This document shows, one piece after another, positions 12,930-25,004 of a stretch of DNA of 64,000 bases; position 1 is the stretch's first letter, and every line of letters starts with the position of its first letter. Under the pieces are notes generated by a model. It did not search any database and was not told the DNA's origin. It saw nothing but the letters and a program-made list of their open reading frames with translations. The translations under genes were made by a program, and so were the position numbers. The DNA is from Antedon mediterranea. Lineage: Eukaryota; Animalia; Echinodermata. The stretch is taken from the NCBI RefSeq assembly GCF_964355755.1, contig NC_092677.1, positions 17,506,101-17,570,100 on the forward strand, given 5' to 3'.

Positions 12930-14799
12930 CCAGGTTAAGGCATATGAATCCTACTGTATAATTCATTTCCTCTGTATACCAGGTCAAGGGATATCAATCC
13001 TACTGTATAATTCATTTCCTCTGTATACCAGGTCAAGGGATATCAATCCTACTGTATAATTCATTTCCTCTGTATACCAGGTCAAGGGATATCAATCCTA
13101 CTGTATAATTCATTTCCTCTGTATACCAGGTCAAGGCATATGAATCCTACTGTATAATTCATTTCCTCTGTATACCAGGTCAAGGCATATCAATCCTACT
13201 GTATAATTCATTTCCTCTGTATACCAGGTCAAGGCATATGAATCCTACTGTATAATTCATTTCCTCTGTATACCAGGTCAAGGCATATGAATCCTACTGT
13301 ATAATTCATTTCCTCTGTATACCAGGTCAAGGGATATCAATCCTACTGTATAATTCATTTCCTCTGTATACCAGGTCAAGGCATATGAATCCTACTGTAT
13401 AATTCATTTCCTCTGTATACCAGGTTAAGGCATATCAATCCTACTGTATAATTCATTTCCTCTGTATACCAGGTTAAGTCATATGAATCCTACTGTATAA
13501 TTCATTTCCTCTGTATACCAGGTCAAGGCATATCAATCCTACTGTATAATTCATTTCCTCTGTATACCAGGTTAAGTCATATGAATCCTACTGTATAATT
13601 CATTTCCTCTGTATACCAGGTTAAGGCATATGAATCCTACTGTATAATTCATTTCCTCTGTATACCAGGTCAAGGCATATGAATCATACTGTATAATTCA
13701 TTTCCTCTGTATACCAGGTTAAGGCATATGAATCCTACTGTATAATTCATTTCCTCTGTATACCAGGTCAAGGCATATGAATCATACTGTATAATTCATT
13801 TCCTCTGTATACCAGGTCAAGGCATATGAATCCTACTGTATAATTCATTTCCTCTGTATACCAGGTCAAGGCATATGAATCCTACTGTATAATTCATTTC
13901 CTCTGTATACCAGGTCAAGGCATATGAATCCTACTGTATAATTCATTTCCTCTGTATACCAGGTCAACGGATATCAATCCTACTGTATAATTCATTTCCT
14001 CTGTATACCAGGTTAAGGCATATCAATCCTACTGTATAATTCATTTCCTCTGTATACCAGGTTAAGGCATATCAATCCTACTGTATAATTCATTTCCTCT
14101 GTATACCAGGTCAAGGCATATGAATCCTACTGTATAATTCATTTCCTCTGTATACCAGGTCAAGGCATATCAATCCTACTGTATAATTCATTTCCTCTGT
14201 ATACCAGGTTAAGGCATATGAATCCTACTGTATAATTCATTTCCTCTGTATACCAGGTCAAGGCATATGAATCCTACTGTATAATTCATTTCCTCGACTG
14301 TATACCAGGTCAAGGCATATGAATCCTACTGTATAATTCATTTCCTCTGTATACCAGGTCAACGGATATCAATCCTACTGTATAATTCATTTCCTCTGTA
14401 TACCAGGTCAAGGCATATGAATCCTACTGTATAATTCATTTCCTCTGTATACCAGGTCAAGGCATATCAATCCTACTGTATAATTCATTTCCTCTGTATA
14501 CCAGGTTAAGGCATATCAATCCTACTGTATAATTCATTTCCTCTGTATACCAGGTTAAGGCATATCAATCCTACTGTATAATTCATTTCCTCTGTATACC
14601 AGGTTAAGGCATATCAATCCTACTGTATAATTCATTTCCTCTGTATACCAGGTCAAGGCATATCAATCCTACTGTATAATTCATTTCCTCTGTATACCAG
14701 GTCAAGGCATATGAATCCTACTGTATAATTCATTTCCTCTGTATACCAGGTCAACGGATATCAATCCTACTGTATAATTCATTTCCTCTGTATACCAGG
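12930..14799 (+). repeat. 49-bp minisatellite, 38 units
   Basis: Unit ccaggt(c/t)aaggcatat(g/c)aatcctactgtataattcatttcctctgtata; one unit carries a 3-bp insertion; contiguous units with no spacers. Confidence 0.97.
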
Positions 14800-16088
14800 G
14801 AAAGTTCATAAAGAATTCCTGTGGTAAGAAGAGACAAACAGATAAGAAACTTTTAAGCTATGAACACAGTTTTTGCTTAAAATTTTTTTTTTTAAAGTAA
14901 TGGAAGACAATGCTATCCCTAATTTATATACGTTCAACAGTACATTACTGTATATGAAAGAAGTAAAAAAGTAACACACTGTCCGACCATTTGCCACTAA
15001 ACTGACCGACCATTTGCAAAGGAGATCATCGAAATTCCGCTCATCGTCCCCACTAAATTTATCGGTATAAATCATGACGGAAGACAATGCTATCCCTTGT
15101 TTATAATACGTTTTACAGAACATTACTGTATAATATGAAAGTAGTAAAAAAGTAACAGAAGACAATGCTATCCCCTGTTTATACTGTATATATTTATAAA
15201 TTAAAATGAAAAAAAAAAGTAAAAAAGACAATGCTATCTCTTGTTAATATATGTGCTACAGTAAATTATGGAAGTAAATTGAAAAAAATTGTGGCTCTTG
15301 CTCTTGAGTCTTGCTCTACTTTGGAAACCATTAATCTGAAATTGCAACATCTTTATCTGGCCGAAGGAAGGTTGAGCACACAGGTGGTGGTGGTGAACTT
15401 AATTCAGGAATTGAAAATGTTGCATCTGTCAAAATTGGATAGTTGATATTTTTATGTTAACTTTTAATATGCTATACCAATAGTAAGTGTAAGGATAAGT
15501 ACCTGCTTAACATGCCATTGTATGAATACCCACCCAAGCATTTTGGGTGTGAAATGTAGTATGGTTCCATGGAACACCTCTACTCCTGATGTTGAGCATG
15601 TGGACTTAATTTCTGAACATCCTTTCGTAGATGAGTACTTTCTAGCAGGTCTAGCTGCTTCTCACAAAAGCCTGTTGAAAATTTACACAATTACACAAAA
15701 CAGTACTAACAAATTATTAGTGATTTTAAAATGCACAAATAAATTAGTACCTGGTTTAAGCCATTTTTTTTCTGCCATCTGGTATGGGTGCATGTAGATA
15801 TTCTTTAAAATGCTTTTGAATCAGTTGAGCTTTATTAATATTGATACAGTAGGCCTACATCCACTGATGGGACCCCGACACTAAAGGCAACAATGAGATT
15901 TGTTTGGATAGATTAATGAAATAGGCCTAGGGGCAGGGGCCTAACTAGGCCTAGGAATGAATACTTACAATAACATCCTGTCTCCGGTGTTTGACAGAAC
16001 TTGTCCTTTTGCCTTTCTCCGCAGTTTCACTATTTTAATTTTTTCTTATGGTCGGGACTGCATCGGCCTTAAGTTTTAGCGTGGATGG

Positions 16089-16415
16089 TGTTAAGGTTGT
16101 AGGATTGTGAGCCATATCGATAACAGTATTTGACGCAGATACAAATGTTCTATCTAGAACTATAATAACTTTATTGTAATAAACTATACAAAGTACACAT
16201 CTACACAGTAGGAATAAATATGGAAGAGTGATTCACATAGAAGAATGTTATCATCTTAAGGAGTGAGCAAAGCAATGATGGATTGCTTTGTGGTCTGGGG
16301 ACAGTTCAGGTATATCATCTATTTCTTAGAACAGGAACTTTCACTTATCATCTATAGGTCAATGACCAGTAGGCTATTGGTAACATTTATTGTACAATGA
16401 GAGCACATTTTAACA
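16089..16415 (-). repeat. Copia 3' LTR (327 bp)
   Basis: Identical to 24678-25004 except one base seen by eye (ttcagg vs ttccgg); preceded on the minus strand by PPT GAGAACAAGTGGGAG (16416-16430). Confidence 0.97.
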
Positions 16416-16596
16416 CTCCCACTTGTTCTCATTTTTCTTAATTTTACAGTAATACTAATAATATTAAAAATCAAATATAATACAACATGCATATTCATCA
16501 AATTATAAAAGTATAAAAGTGTTTCTCTAATTTACCATATTAATTTTATAAAATGTATTACATTATTACATTGTACAGTGTGTGTATCACAACACA

Positions 16597-18020
16597 TCAT
16601 TGTCCAAAAATAAAATTCTTAAATTTACTTAACTTTAATTTTGTTGCTGGCTTAGTCATAATATCAGCAACCATTTCAGCTGTTGGACAGTAAACAACAT
16701 TTATTTTACCATCGTTTAATACATTTCGTATGAAGTGATATCGGATGTCAATGTGCTTGGACCTTTGTCGACTTACTGGGTTTTTAGTTAGGGCGATTGT
16801 GCCTTGATTATCTTCAAAAATTTGAATAGGCCCATATTGATATCCGCTAACAATTCCATCTAATAGTTGTATAAGGTACAAACATTCCTGAGTTGTTGCA
16901 GCTAGTGCCATGTATTCAGATTCACATGATGACAGTGCTACTGTGGTTTGCTTCTTTGATTTCCAGGAAATAAGTGGACCACAATTATTTAAACTAAAAC
17001 AGTAGCCAGTAGTACTACGTCTGTCCTCTGGGGATGATGCCCAATCAGCATCACTATAAGCTATCAATCTTAAATTTTCAGAGCACTTACTGTAACACAA
17101 CTCATGATTAATTGTACCTTTGAGATACCTTAACACATGTTTAGCTGCCACCCAGTGTTCAATTTTTGGATTTGACAAATATTGTGACAACTTTGTAACT
17201 ATCCAGCCTATATCTGGCCGGGTACATGTCATAGCATAAATTAAACTACCTACAACTTCACGATATTTTGTAGGGTCAATGGCCTCCTGGCTATTACATT
17301 CTAGTTTCTGTTCACATGGAGTAGACCTTGGTTTACAAGGTCTACAATCGGTCATTCCAAATTTGTCTAGCATTTTTGCTATATATCGACTTTGATTCAT
17401 TTTTACGGAACCTTTGGATTGTTTAAAATCAATACCAAGAAAATATGAAAGTTTACCAAGATCTTTCATATGGAATTTAGTTTTAACATTTCTTTAACTT
17501 TTGTCATCATGGACTCATTACTTGTCGCAATAATTAAATCATCAACCCATATGAGTAGTACAATCATCTCATTTTCTACATATTTAGTGTATACACAGTG
17601 ATCAACAGGGTTTTGTACAAAATTATTTTCACATAGAAAAGTATGCAATACATTGTTCCAATTTCTGCCAGATTGTTTCAAACCATACAGTGATTTATTT
17701 AATTTGTATACTAACTTTTTGTTAGAATTTGTAGGGACTTCAAAACCCTCTGCTTGCTCCATATAAATTTCACAGTCAATTGGAGCATTAAGATAAGCAG
17801 TTTTCACATCCATCTGATGTAAAATCAAATCATGTTGTGCTGCAATTTGCATCAAAATACGTACGGATGTCATACTGGCAGTTGGAGCAAATGTTTCATT
17901 ATAATCTACACCTCTTATTTGGCTATACCCTTTTGCAACATATCTTGCCTTATAGTTCTTTGAACCATCGGCAGTTTCTTTAGTAGTGTACACCCATCGT
18001 CCTCCCACTGAATTCATACC
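16597..18020 (-). pseudogene. Copia reverse transcriptase + RNase H (one frameshift near 17480)
   Basis: VGGRWVY...YKARYVAKGYSQ..GVDYNETFAP...HQMDVKTAYLNA...KSLYGLKQSGRNW...LIWVDD; then MKDLG...TRPDI...YSDADWA...EDNQG...KHIDIRYHF. A 1-nt loss in an A-run splits it into two ORFs. Confidence 0.95.
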
Positions 18021-21000
18021 CCAAAAACTATTTAGCATTAATTTGGCCAGAGATCGAAGCCCAGGATTGTACGCAATGTCGTCATGATTCAAGTCGATAC
18101 CTTCTACGGTTCGATAGTCCGAAATGTATTTTTGTTTATCTTCGGGCGTTTTACACCATTCAGGCCAACCCGAAGCTTCTTGTTTCAATTTTAAAAATGT
18201 GTTAATGTAAGAGGCAAATAGACCGGACGAGGGAGAATCTGCAGAGTACGCGCTTTTATTTTTAAAGTGCCATACTACGTGAACTTTACGTATCTCGTAC
18301 CCAACCTCCACGGCTTTAGCGACCTCGATCGTTGCCCAAGAACCTGTAAATTCTCTATCTGTACCAGAATGATTGCAAGCGGTTTGTTGTTGAGAATCGA
18401 CGCATGTTCTACAGAGAGCAAACATTAATTTACCGTTTGATCTATAAGGTAAGACTGGATGGAATAAATTTTTAGGCGCTTCGATAGTACACTTTATCAA
18501 ACCGAAATATTCGTTGATATCTGTGGACAAGTCTTTGCGATCATCGATTTCAGGATGTCCTACGGGGTAGGTACCGTATTTATTTACATAAGGGTACAAG
18601 GAAGTATAATCGATGTAATTAATTTCTTCACCCGGTTTTACCTTATAGAACAAACAACTGGCATTAGTCCTCCCACCGAAAAACGCGTCTCTTGGATTCA
18701 AAGTTTGCCTAATGAAAGGAACTTTGGAGACGATAGATTTAATGTTAGGGGCCAGCGATTGTTTGATCCGTTTCCATTCGTGTTCCCAAATTTCGACGTA
18801 CTCAAAATCTGGAAATTGCTCCTTCAGAAACCGTGTTTTCTTACTTGTTTTGACAAAGCATTCCAACATGGCTTCGTTAGTGAAGGGGTTAATGGAATCG
18901 GGTCTATAACATTCTTGGCACCCGTGGAACAAACAGCCCATAAATTCAAAAATAATTTTGTTTTCTAAACATGCGCCGTCGACAAAGTAAGGCCCAAACA
19001 TTTTTTCCCCTCCATTTCTCGCATGATGGATAAAGACCCCCCTTTTATGCGACTCGTAGCACAACCATTCCATGCTAGAGTGAGAATGGTTAACGGTTGT
19101 TAGATACCCTGATGGTGGAAATAAAGCGATGGTGGATGGTTTTAAAAAATTTCTAGAAAAGACTACACGCCGAGGCAATTGTCATTAAATTATTTGAAAA
19201 GGGGTCAACGCCTCCGAGTAGAGGGTTTTTCGGCGATGTAGTTACTTTAAAAAAAAGATGCCTAAAAGTAAGACAACACTTTCTGAGAATATCTACATCG
19301 CTGATGCAATACTCGACGAGTTCTTTTTGGAGATTGAAAATTTGTTTAGTTACAATTTTCTGATTATACCATTTAAAGAATGATTCTCGGCCTGAAGTAG
19401 TCATTTTATCGGGGGAATAGGTGTTGAAATAATGAGGAAAGTAACCTTTTTTTAGCTCGGCGATGCCAAAAGTTTTGGGTAATTTGGATAGAGACATGGC
19501 TAGAAATGAAAGGGAATCAATGAATCGGATACTCGTTTCTTTAACCTTAATTGAAATAGGTTTACGACCGCGAGCAATAATATCTGGGACAATACAGTTT
19601 TTGTATAGGTACTCGAGCACGAAGTAACTATCGTAGCCCTGGAGGTTGTGAGCGATACACGTAATGTTATGATTATATTTGTATTCGTTAAAAACGTAAT
19701 TGCAAAAATCTACGCATGCAGTCTCCCCGTGAAAAGTCATTGATTTCTCCCCACACACGTCGCACTCGGCAGAGTCATTAGCACCATCGATACAATTAAG
19801 ACAAGTTTTTTGAAGAACGCATAAATTTGGTTTGTGTTCGCCAGTTTCTTGCGTGCATTCAAAATCAAAAAAGAAATATTTAGTGACAGCCTTTTTTTGG
19901 TCCTCCTGATTCTTAAACTTTTTTTCAGTATGTTTAGGGGCTACAACCGGTTCCATGTAGCATTGATGATCGTATGAAACGAAAGTCCGACAAATTCTAC
20001 AAAAACGGTTTTGACAATTGTGATCTTTTTGAATGATCCTATCACAAGTTGAACAATTTTTAATTTTGTCACATACTGAAACTTTTTTAGAATCAGGAGA
20101 TTTTTTATGATTGGTGAAGCATTGCAGGTGTTTAAAAAATCTATTGCACTCTTTACACTCTACAGTATTATTTACAGATACGTTAATAGAAGGGTCACAT
20201 TCGTGATGCTTACAGAGTACACACGTGTATTGACACTTGTGAGAATACTTGTGTGTATAACCTGTAAAACATCTATCACAAAAATAAAAAACTTTTAAAA
20301 AGCCTGTCATAGTCGTTATAAGATCATAATGATTAGAATGATGGTAAAGATAAATCTGCTTCTTACAATAATCGCCGCTAAAAATTACAGAATTTAAATT
20401 GTCTTTAGAAAGGACAATAATTTGATAATTTGGTAATTTGGATTGCATCTTTTTTAATTCCTCGATGCCGCAAGCTTGCTCCCTAACCCCCGAATCTCTA
20501 AGTAAATGAAGGGCGGCTGTCTTTTGCTGGTCATAGCTCTTCCTAATGTTATTCCACCTAGCCACGTTATTAATTTTATCTTCGAGCATAGAAATACCCG
20601 TGACAATTGCGCGTGCGCAGCAGATAGTTTCGTTACCATCATTCTTAATCTTAATTATGCTTTTAGCATTAATCATTTTGTCGATACCGTTTCTTCTATA
20701 GCCCCCACCCCTAGGCATTCTCATATGGAGAACGTTAAACTTAAATTTGTTGTTAATTAAAATATCCGTTTTGGACTGAAGGACCTTCATGATGGCTGCA
20801 AAAATAACATCAGCTGTCAGATGGGCCCTCCGACCAAAAGGAATAGAGATAGGTGTATCCAACCCCTCAGCTTGAATAACTATCCGAAGCATATCGTCGA
20901 CATGCACGTTAATGCAAAGATTATCAACGACATGTTCGAAAATTCTATATAGAGTGGGAAGGAACACCTCTAAACTTAAATGGTCTACATTAAAAAATTT

Positions 21001-21805
21001 AACCGTAAAATCGCTAATCGTGGCGTTAAAACGCTGGTTAAACCTATCAGCTAAGCGGTTAATACTACAAAAATGACTCAAATCTACCTCGTCAAGGTTC
21101 AATTCATCGCTGTCATTATCGTCAACTTCTTCTTCTTCGGCTATCCTTGGTCTTTTCCTGTTGGCTCCTTTCCCGTATTGTACCGGTACAGGCTGAAATA
21201 AAAAAGTATAACGGTAAAGAAATAGAAATAAACGATGTAATACAGTATCAACAATAGCAAAGAAAATAAAATGATAGTTACCTCATCAATAACCGAAGAC
21301 TCCTGAGAATCACTATCCTCGCCACATTCCCTCATTTTCAAACATTTGGTGTGTGCACCAATACCATACTAAAGAAAAAAAAAATTAAAAAATTAGAAAG
21401 GAAACGCATTGGAATTGTAAACGCAGAAGCACATTCGTTTACACAAGCTACTCTACGAGTTATATACGGTAATGAAAAAATTATTACGATAAAAATATAT
21501 TAAACAAAAACACTTACTTCTACGTGATCAATTATTAAACTTTCCGATAGATCTTGAACAATCTCTATGGCGTTATCACATATATCCGTAAGAGAAAGAC
21601 TACCGGTTTCAGAAATACTTTGACTGACCGGTAAATCAAAGTCCTGGTCTCCAAACACAAAATCCTCTAGTAAACCCACATCTGGGATATCATTGTCAGG
21701 CACATTATTAGCACGCGACAGATTAACTATAGCGTCAACAGCTCTTTGACACTCGATAAATAAACTATCGTTAGAATCAGTTGAGGAAGAAGCGAATTGA
21801 GACAT
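18018..21805 (-). pseudogene. Protein-primed family B DNA polymerase (pPolB), spliced; exons 21518-21805, 21282-21368, 18018-21192; frameshift near 19160; truncated after motif B
   Basis: CCARAIV...HYD N-terminal domain, Cys-rich zinc fingers, Exo I FFDFEC, Exo II AHNLQGYD, Exo III YCISDV, inserted VDG...FEFMGCLFHGC endonuclease-like domain, FFGGRT, motif A YIDYTSLYP, motif B KLMLNSFWG; motif C (DTDS) absent. Two phase-0 GT-AG introns join in frame. Confidence 0.9.
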
Positions 21806-22209
21806 TGCAAAACTTTGAAGAAAAAAATCGGTACCAAAACTTTGAAGAATTAGTAAATGAATGATGAACTAAACAAGTAACACACGGTTATTAAAACCTT
21901 CCCGCGACGATTACGATTGGTCAGACATTCTTTAGTAATTAGGAAGCCCCCGCCCATAACAGTGACCATTAGAGCTAGCCTTCAACCGTGAATACGGGGG
22001 TCGGTAAACGGATTAATTAATAACAGTTGGGAGAATCGTTAAGGATTATTCAAGGTTTTGCAGTGGTCAAACAATATATACACGATTGGAAATTAATTAA
22101 CAATACCTATTCGAGTAACACTGAAACACTAAGTTATTAAACAAATTTAAAATAAAGCCGCCGTAAACTTTATTAAAATTCAAAAAATTAATCGACAAAT
22201 TAAGGCCTA

Positions 22210-22410
22210 TTAAGATGCAGGGTAGGGCCAGCCCAGGACCAACTCCCAATTCTGGTCCTCCATCTCCATTGCCCTACCCCGCAGCAGGTACCATAATGTA
22301 GTATCTGCCCTTGTTGTGAGCAGTAGTTCTCTAATGTTTTTGTACGAATCGATTCTCTTCACCAGATTCTCCAGGGCTTCAACTGTAATTGAGATTTTTG
22401 CTGAATCCAT
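22210..22410 (-). CDS. Small 66-aa Polinton accessory protein of unknown function
   Basis: ATG directly follows an AG acceptor; upstream GTAAGT donor (~22707-22712) and TATAAAA (~22840-22846); AATAAA downstream (~22169-22174). Confidence 0.45.
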   Translation of the reverse strand: MDSAKISITVEALENLVKRIDSYKNIRELLLTTRADTTLWYLLRGRAMEMEDQNWELVLGWPYPAS

Positions 22411-23259
22411 CTATACATCAATACAATAACAATAATTAAAGAGGGTAACAATGATAATAAATAACAAAACAAACGAAAAAATACTAAGAATAAAAATATA
22501 AAAAGCAACTTACAGAAACGAATGAGCGATGAACAAAAAAAAAAAGCAAAAGAAAGATCTTCAACTCCGAGCAAAAAAAAACGGTTAATCAGTGGACTAG
22601 AGTGAGAGAGAGAGAGAGAGAGAACTATTAAAATCTATAACAAGAGAGAACTCCTCAAAAACAACAAAATACTAAATAAAGTCTACACCATGATAACAAC
22701 AACTGTACTTACATAACGTGGAAAAATCAGAAAATATTCTTTAAAGAGCAATGTACAAGGAACTACCGTAGCAGTGAATGGATGTACAGGCTGACAGATA
22801 TCAATGAGTTTTGAGATGATAATTTGGATGTAAAGATGCTTTTATAGGTTTTATAAAACAATCTTTCGATTGTTAAAAGAGGTTCCAATTACGTAAACCC
22901 CCCCCCCCCCCCCTAGCCTACACAGAAACCCTGAAATATTTTGAACGGTAACATTGGTAGCCTAGTGTTCAAAGAACAACAAATTTATTGTTAAAGGAAT
23001 GTTAACATGCCCTCTTGAACTAGTCTTAAAAACGTGTATAGGCTACAAAATAAATAAAACAAACATACTCCTTGAACATGTCTTAAAAACGGGTAACAAA
23101 ATAAATAATACAACGCATACCCTTAAATGTAGTAATCTACAGTATCTACATTAAAACTATAACCTTGTACCAAACAAAAAGAACAATGAACAAAGAAATT
23201 AGAAAATACTATACAAAAGTAACCTTTGCAGTGGACAAGTCGTCGAAATAAAACAATAG

Positions 23260-23790
23260 CACTCCTCAAACAAAGAATGACCTTTCATTAATTTTTGTAA
23301 AATACAAATTCTTTACTAATTAGGAATATAACCTAGGTACCCAACAAAAACCTGTCAAAACAACAAAACCTTCTCAAGCAAAGAATGACCTTTCAATAAT
23401 ATTTTTAAAATACAAATTCTTTACTAATTACAAATATAACACAGGCCAAAACGAAAACCCCGCCAAAATAACAAACCCCCTTCTCTAACAAAGAATGACC
23501 TTTCGCTAATTAATATTACAATAACAGGAAATTAAACAATAGAAAATATAATATATACCCTGGGGATATGACATTCCTTTCGGGTCTGGTACAAAGAATG
23601 ACCTTTCACTAATTATTAATACAATACCTGGAAATTAAACAATAGAAATATGAAATATACCCTGAGGGTATGACATTCCATTCGGGTCTGGTACAAAGAG
23701 TGACCTTTCACTAATTATTATTACAATACCTGGAAATTAAACAATAGAAATATGAAATATGCCCTGGGGGTACATTACGGCCTGAAGTCC
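23260..23790. repeat. Subterminal tandem repeats of the Polinton end (5 units, ~102-110 bp)
   Basis: caaagaatgacctttc core at ~23271, 23379, 23489, 23592, 23694. Confidence 0.85.
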
Positions 23791-23798
23791 TACATCTA

Positions 23799-24704
23799 CT
23801 ACTTATGGGATGTTGCCCCGCAATCTACTAATAAATTACCATTACATAAATTACTATTAATACTTGCTTTGAATGCAAATTCAACTCCATCAGTTTCATC
23901 CTTTTCCAGCTGCACTGATTTTGCCGCAGTGACGTTACTTTTCTTCCTGCAAAACTTGGTGTCATGCGTTTTATTCTTGCATACTTTACACCACCTTCCT
24001 CGATCCTGTTTACTTCTGCATTCAAAGGATTTATGGCCTTGCTTCCCACATTTAAAACATACAATTCTTTCACTTTCTTGTGTTTTCATTACGCTGTCAT
24101 CTTTTGTCTCTCTTTGAGCCTTCTCCGACTCTTCGAAGCTTCTCAGCGCAATTTTAAAATCGGTAAAGTTTATCTCCTTTTCTTTTTGCATTATTACGGT
24201 CGCAAATGTCCGGAATCGCTGAGGTAGTCCTTTTAGGACCATAGCCACAAGCAAACTGTCGCTGATTTGTTCTTTAGCAGTTTTTAAACTTGTAGCTGCT
24301 GTTTCTGCACGAATAACGTAGTCAGTTACACGTTCGTGTTCGTCCATTTTTAATGAAGTAAGCTCAGTATATAGTGATATAATTCTTGGCTTACTTTTTC
24401 CCAAATAATGTTCCCGCAGGATTCCTAAAGCCTTTCTTCCATCATTCTTTGCGTCTCTCATTATCAAAGATAGACTTCTATCGTCCAGGTACTGCACAAG
24501 TTCGGCGAATGCATTACTATTTTTCGCCTCATCGGGAGCGGCTACTCCACCTTCGCTTTCCGGTACAATAATTTTACTTAATTTTTGTATGTGCAAATGT
24601 CCTAGGAACTTGACTTCCCACAACTCGTACTTAGTTTCGTCTCCATTAAATAAAAGCCGTTTACTGGGCCCATAACCTGTTAAGGTTGTAGGATTGTGAG
24701 CCAT
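23799..24704 (-). CDS. gag: Copia Gag (intact 301-aa ORF) ending at the protease active-site motif
   Basis: FNGDETKYELWEVKF...two zinc knuckles (CFKCGKQGHKSFEC, CKVCKNKTHDTKFC)...LLVDCGATSH then K-stop supplied by the inserted AGTAG; ATG lies inside the 5' LTR. Confidence 0.93.
   Translation of the reverse strand: MAHNPTTLTGYGPSKRLLFNGDETKYELWEVKFLGHLHIQKLSKIIVPESEGGVAAPDEAKNSNAFAELVQYLDDRSLSLIMRDAKNDGRKALGILREHYLGKSKPRIISLYTELTSLKMDEHERVTDYVIRAETAATSLKTAKEQISDSLLVAMVLKGLPQRFRTFATVIMQKEKEINFTDFKIALRSFEESEKAQRETKDDSVMKTQESERIVCFKCGKQGHKSFECRSKQDRGRWCKVCKNKTHDTKFCRKKSNVTAAKSVQLEKDETDGVEFAFKASINSNLCNGNLLVDCGATSHK
24664..24677 (-). promoter_or_regulatory. Primer-binding site GGTTATGGGCCCAG (half initiator-tRNA-Met type, as in Drosophila copia)
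   Basis: Immediately internal to the 5' LTR. Confidence 0.9.
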
Positions 24705-25004
24705 ATCGATAACAGTATTTGACGCAGATACAAATGTTCTATCTAGAACTATAATAACTTTATTGTAATAAACTATACAAAGTACACATCTACACAGTAG
24801 GAATAAATATGGAAGAGTGATTCACATAGAAGAATGTTATCATCTTAAGGAGTGAGCAAAGCAATGATGGATTGCTTTGTGGTCTGGGGACAGTTCCGGT
24901 ATATCATCTATTTCTTAGAACAGGAACTTTCACTTATCATCTATAGGTCAATGACCAGTAGGCTATTGGTAACATTTATTGTACAATGAGAGCACATTTT
25001 AACA
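24678..25004 (-). repeat. Copia 5' LTR (327 bp)
   Basis: TGTTAA...TTAACA termini; paired with 16089-16415. Confidence 0.97.

Larger units (their letters stand above)
6831..14882 (+). repeat. Segmental duplication copy A (paralog of 45702-52764)
   Basis: Collinear near-identical blocks: 6831-7430~45702-46293, 8243-10700~46316-48870, 10880-11320~51078-51517, 12281-12735~51893-52563, 12871-14882~52567-52764. Confidence 0.92.
18018..23803 (-). mobile_element. Polinton/Maverick (adintovirus-like) terminal fragment inserted in the Copia protease
   Basis: Begins AGTAGTAG immediately after Copia DCGATSH; carries subterminal tandem repeats and a pPolB gene; other end lost by deletion into Copia RT. 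Confidence 0.85.
16089..25004 (-). mobile_element. Ty1/Copia LTR retrotransposon (8916 bp), chimeric with a Polinton/Maverick fragment
   Basis: TG...CA LTRs, 5-bp TSD GATGG (16084-16088, 25005-25009), PBS, PPT, gag and RT/RNase H. Confidence 0.97.

Noticed and set aside
12930-14799. CRISPR-like array
   Set aside because: Units are contiguous 49-mers with no unique spacers; eukaryotic context; no cas genes.
17466-17490. Programmed frameshift between RT halves
   Set aside because: Copia RT is normally one frame here; a 1-nt loss in an A-run (mutation or sequencing error) explains it.
19153-19420. pPolB lesions as proof that the cargo is older than the LTRs
   Set aside because: One frameshift and one apparent short in-frame deletion (HYFNT|YSPD) are matched by similar lesions in the Copia RT; too few to date without the parental sequences.
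23260-23790. Repeat-spacer array in the Polinton end
   Set aside because: Sequences between the cores are homologous to one another, so these are diverging subterminal tandem repeats.
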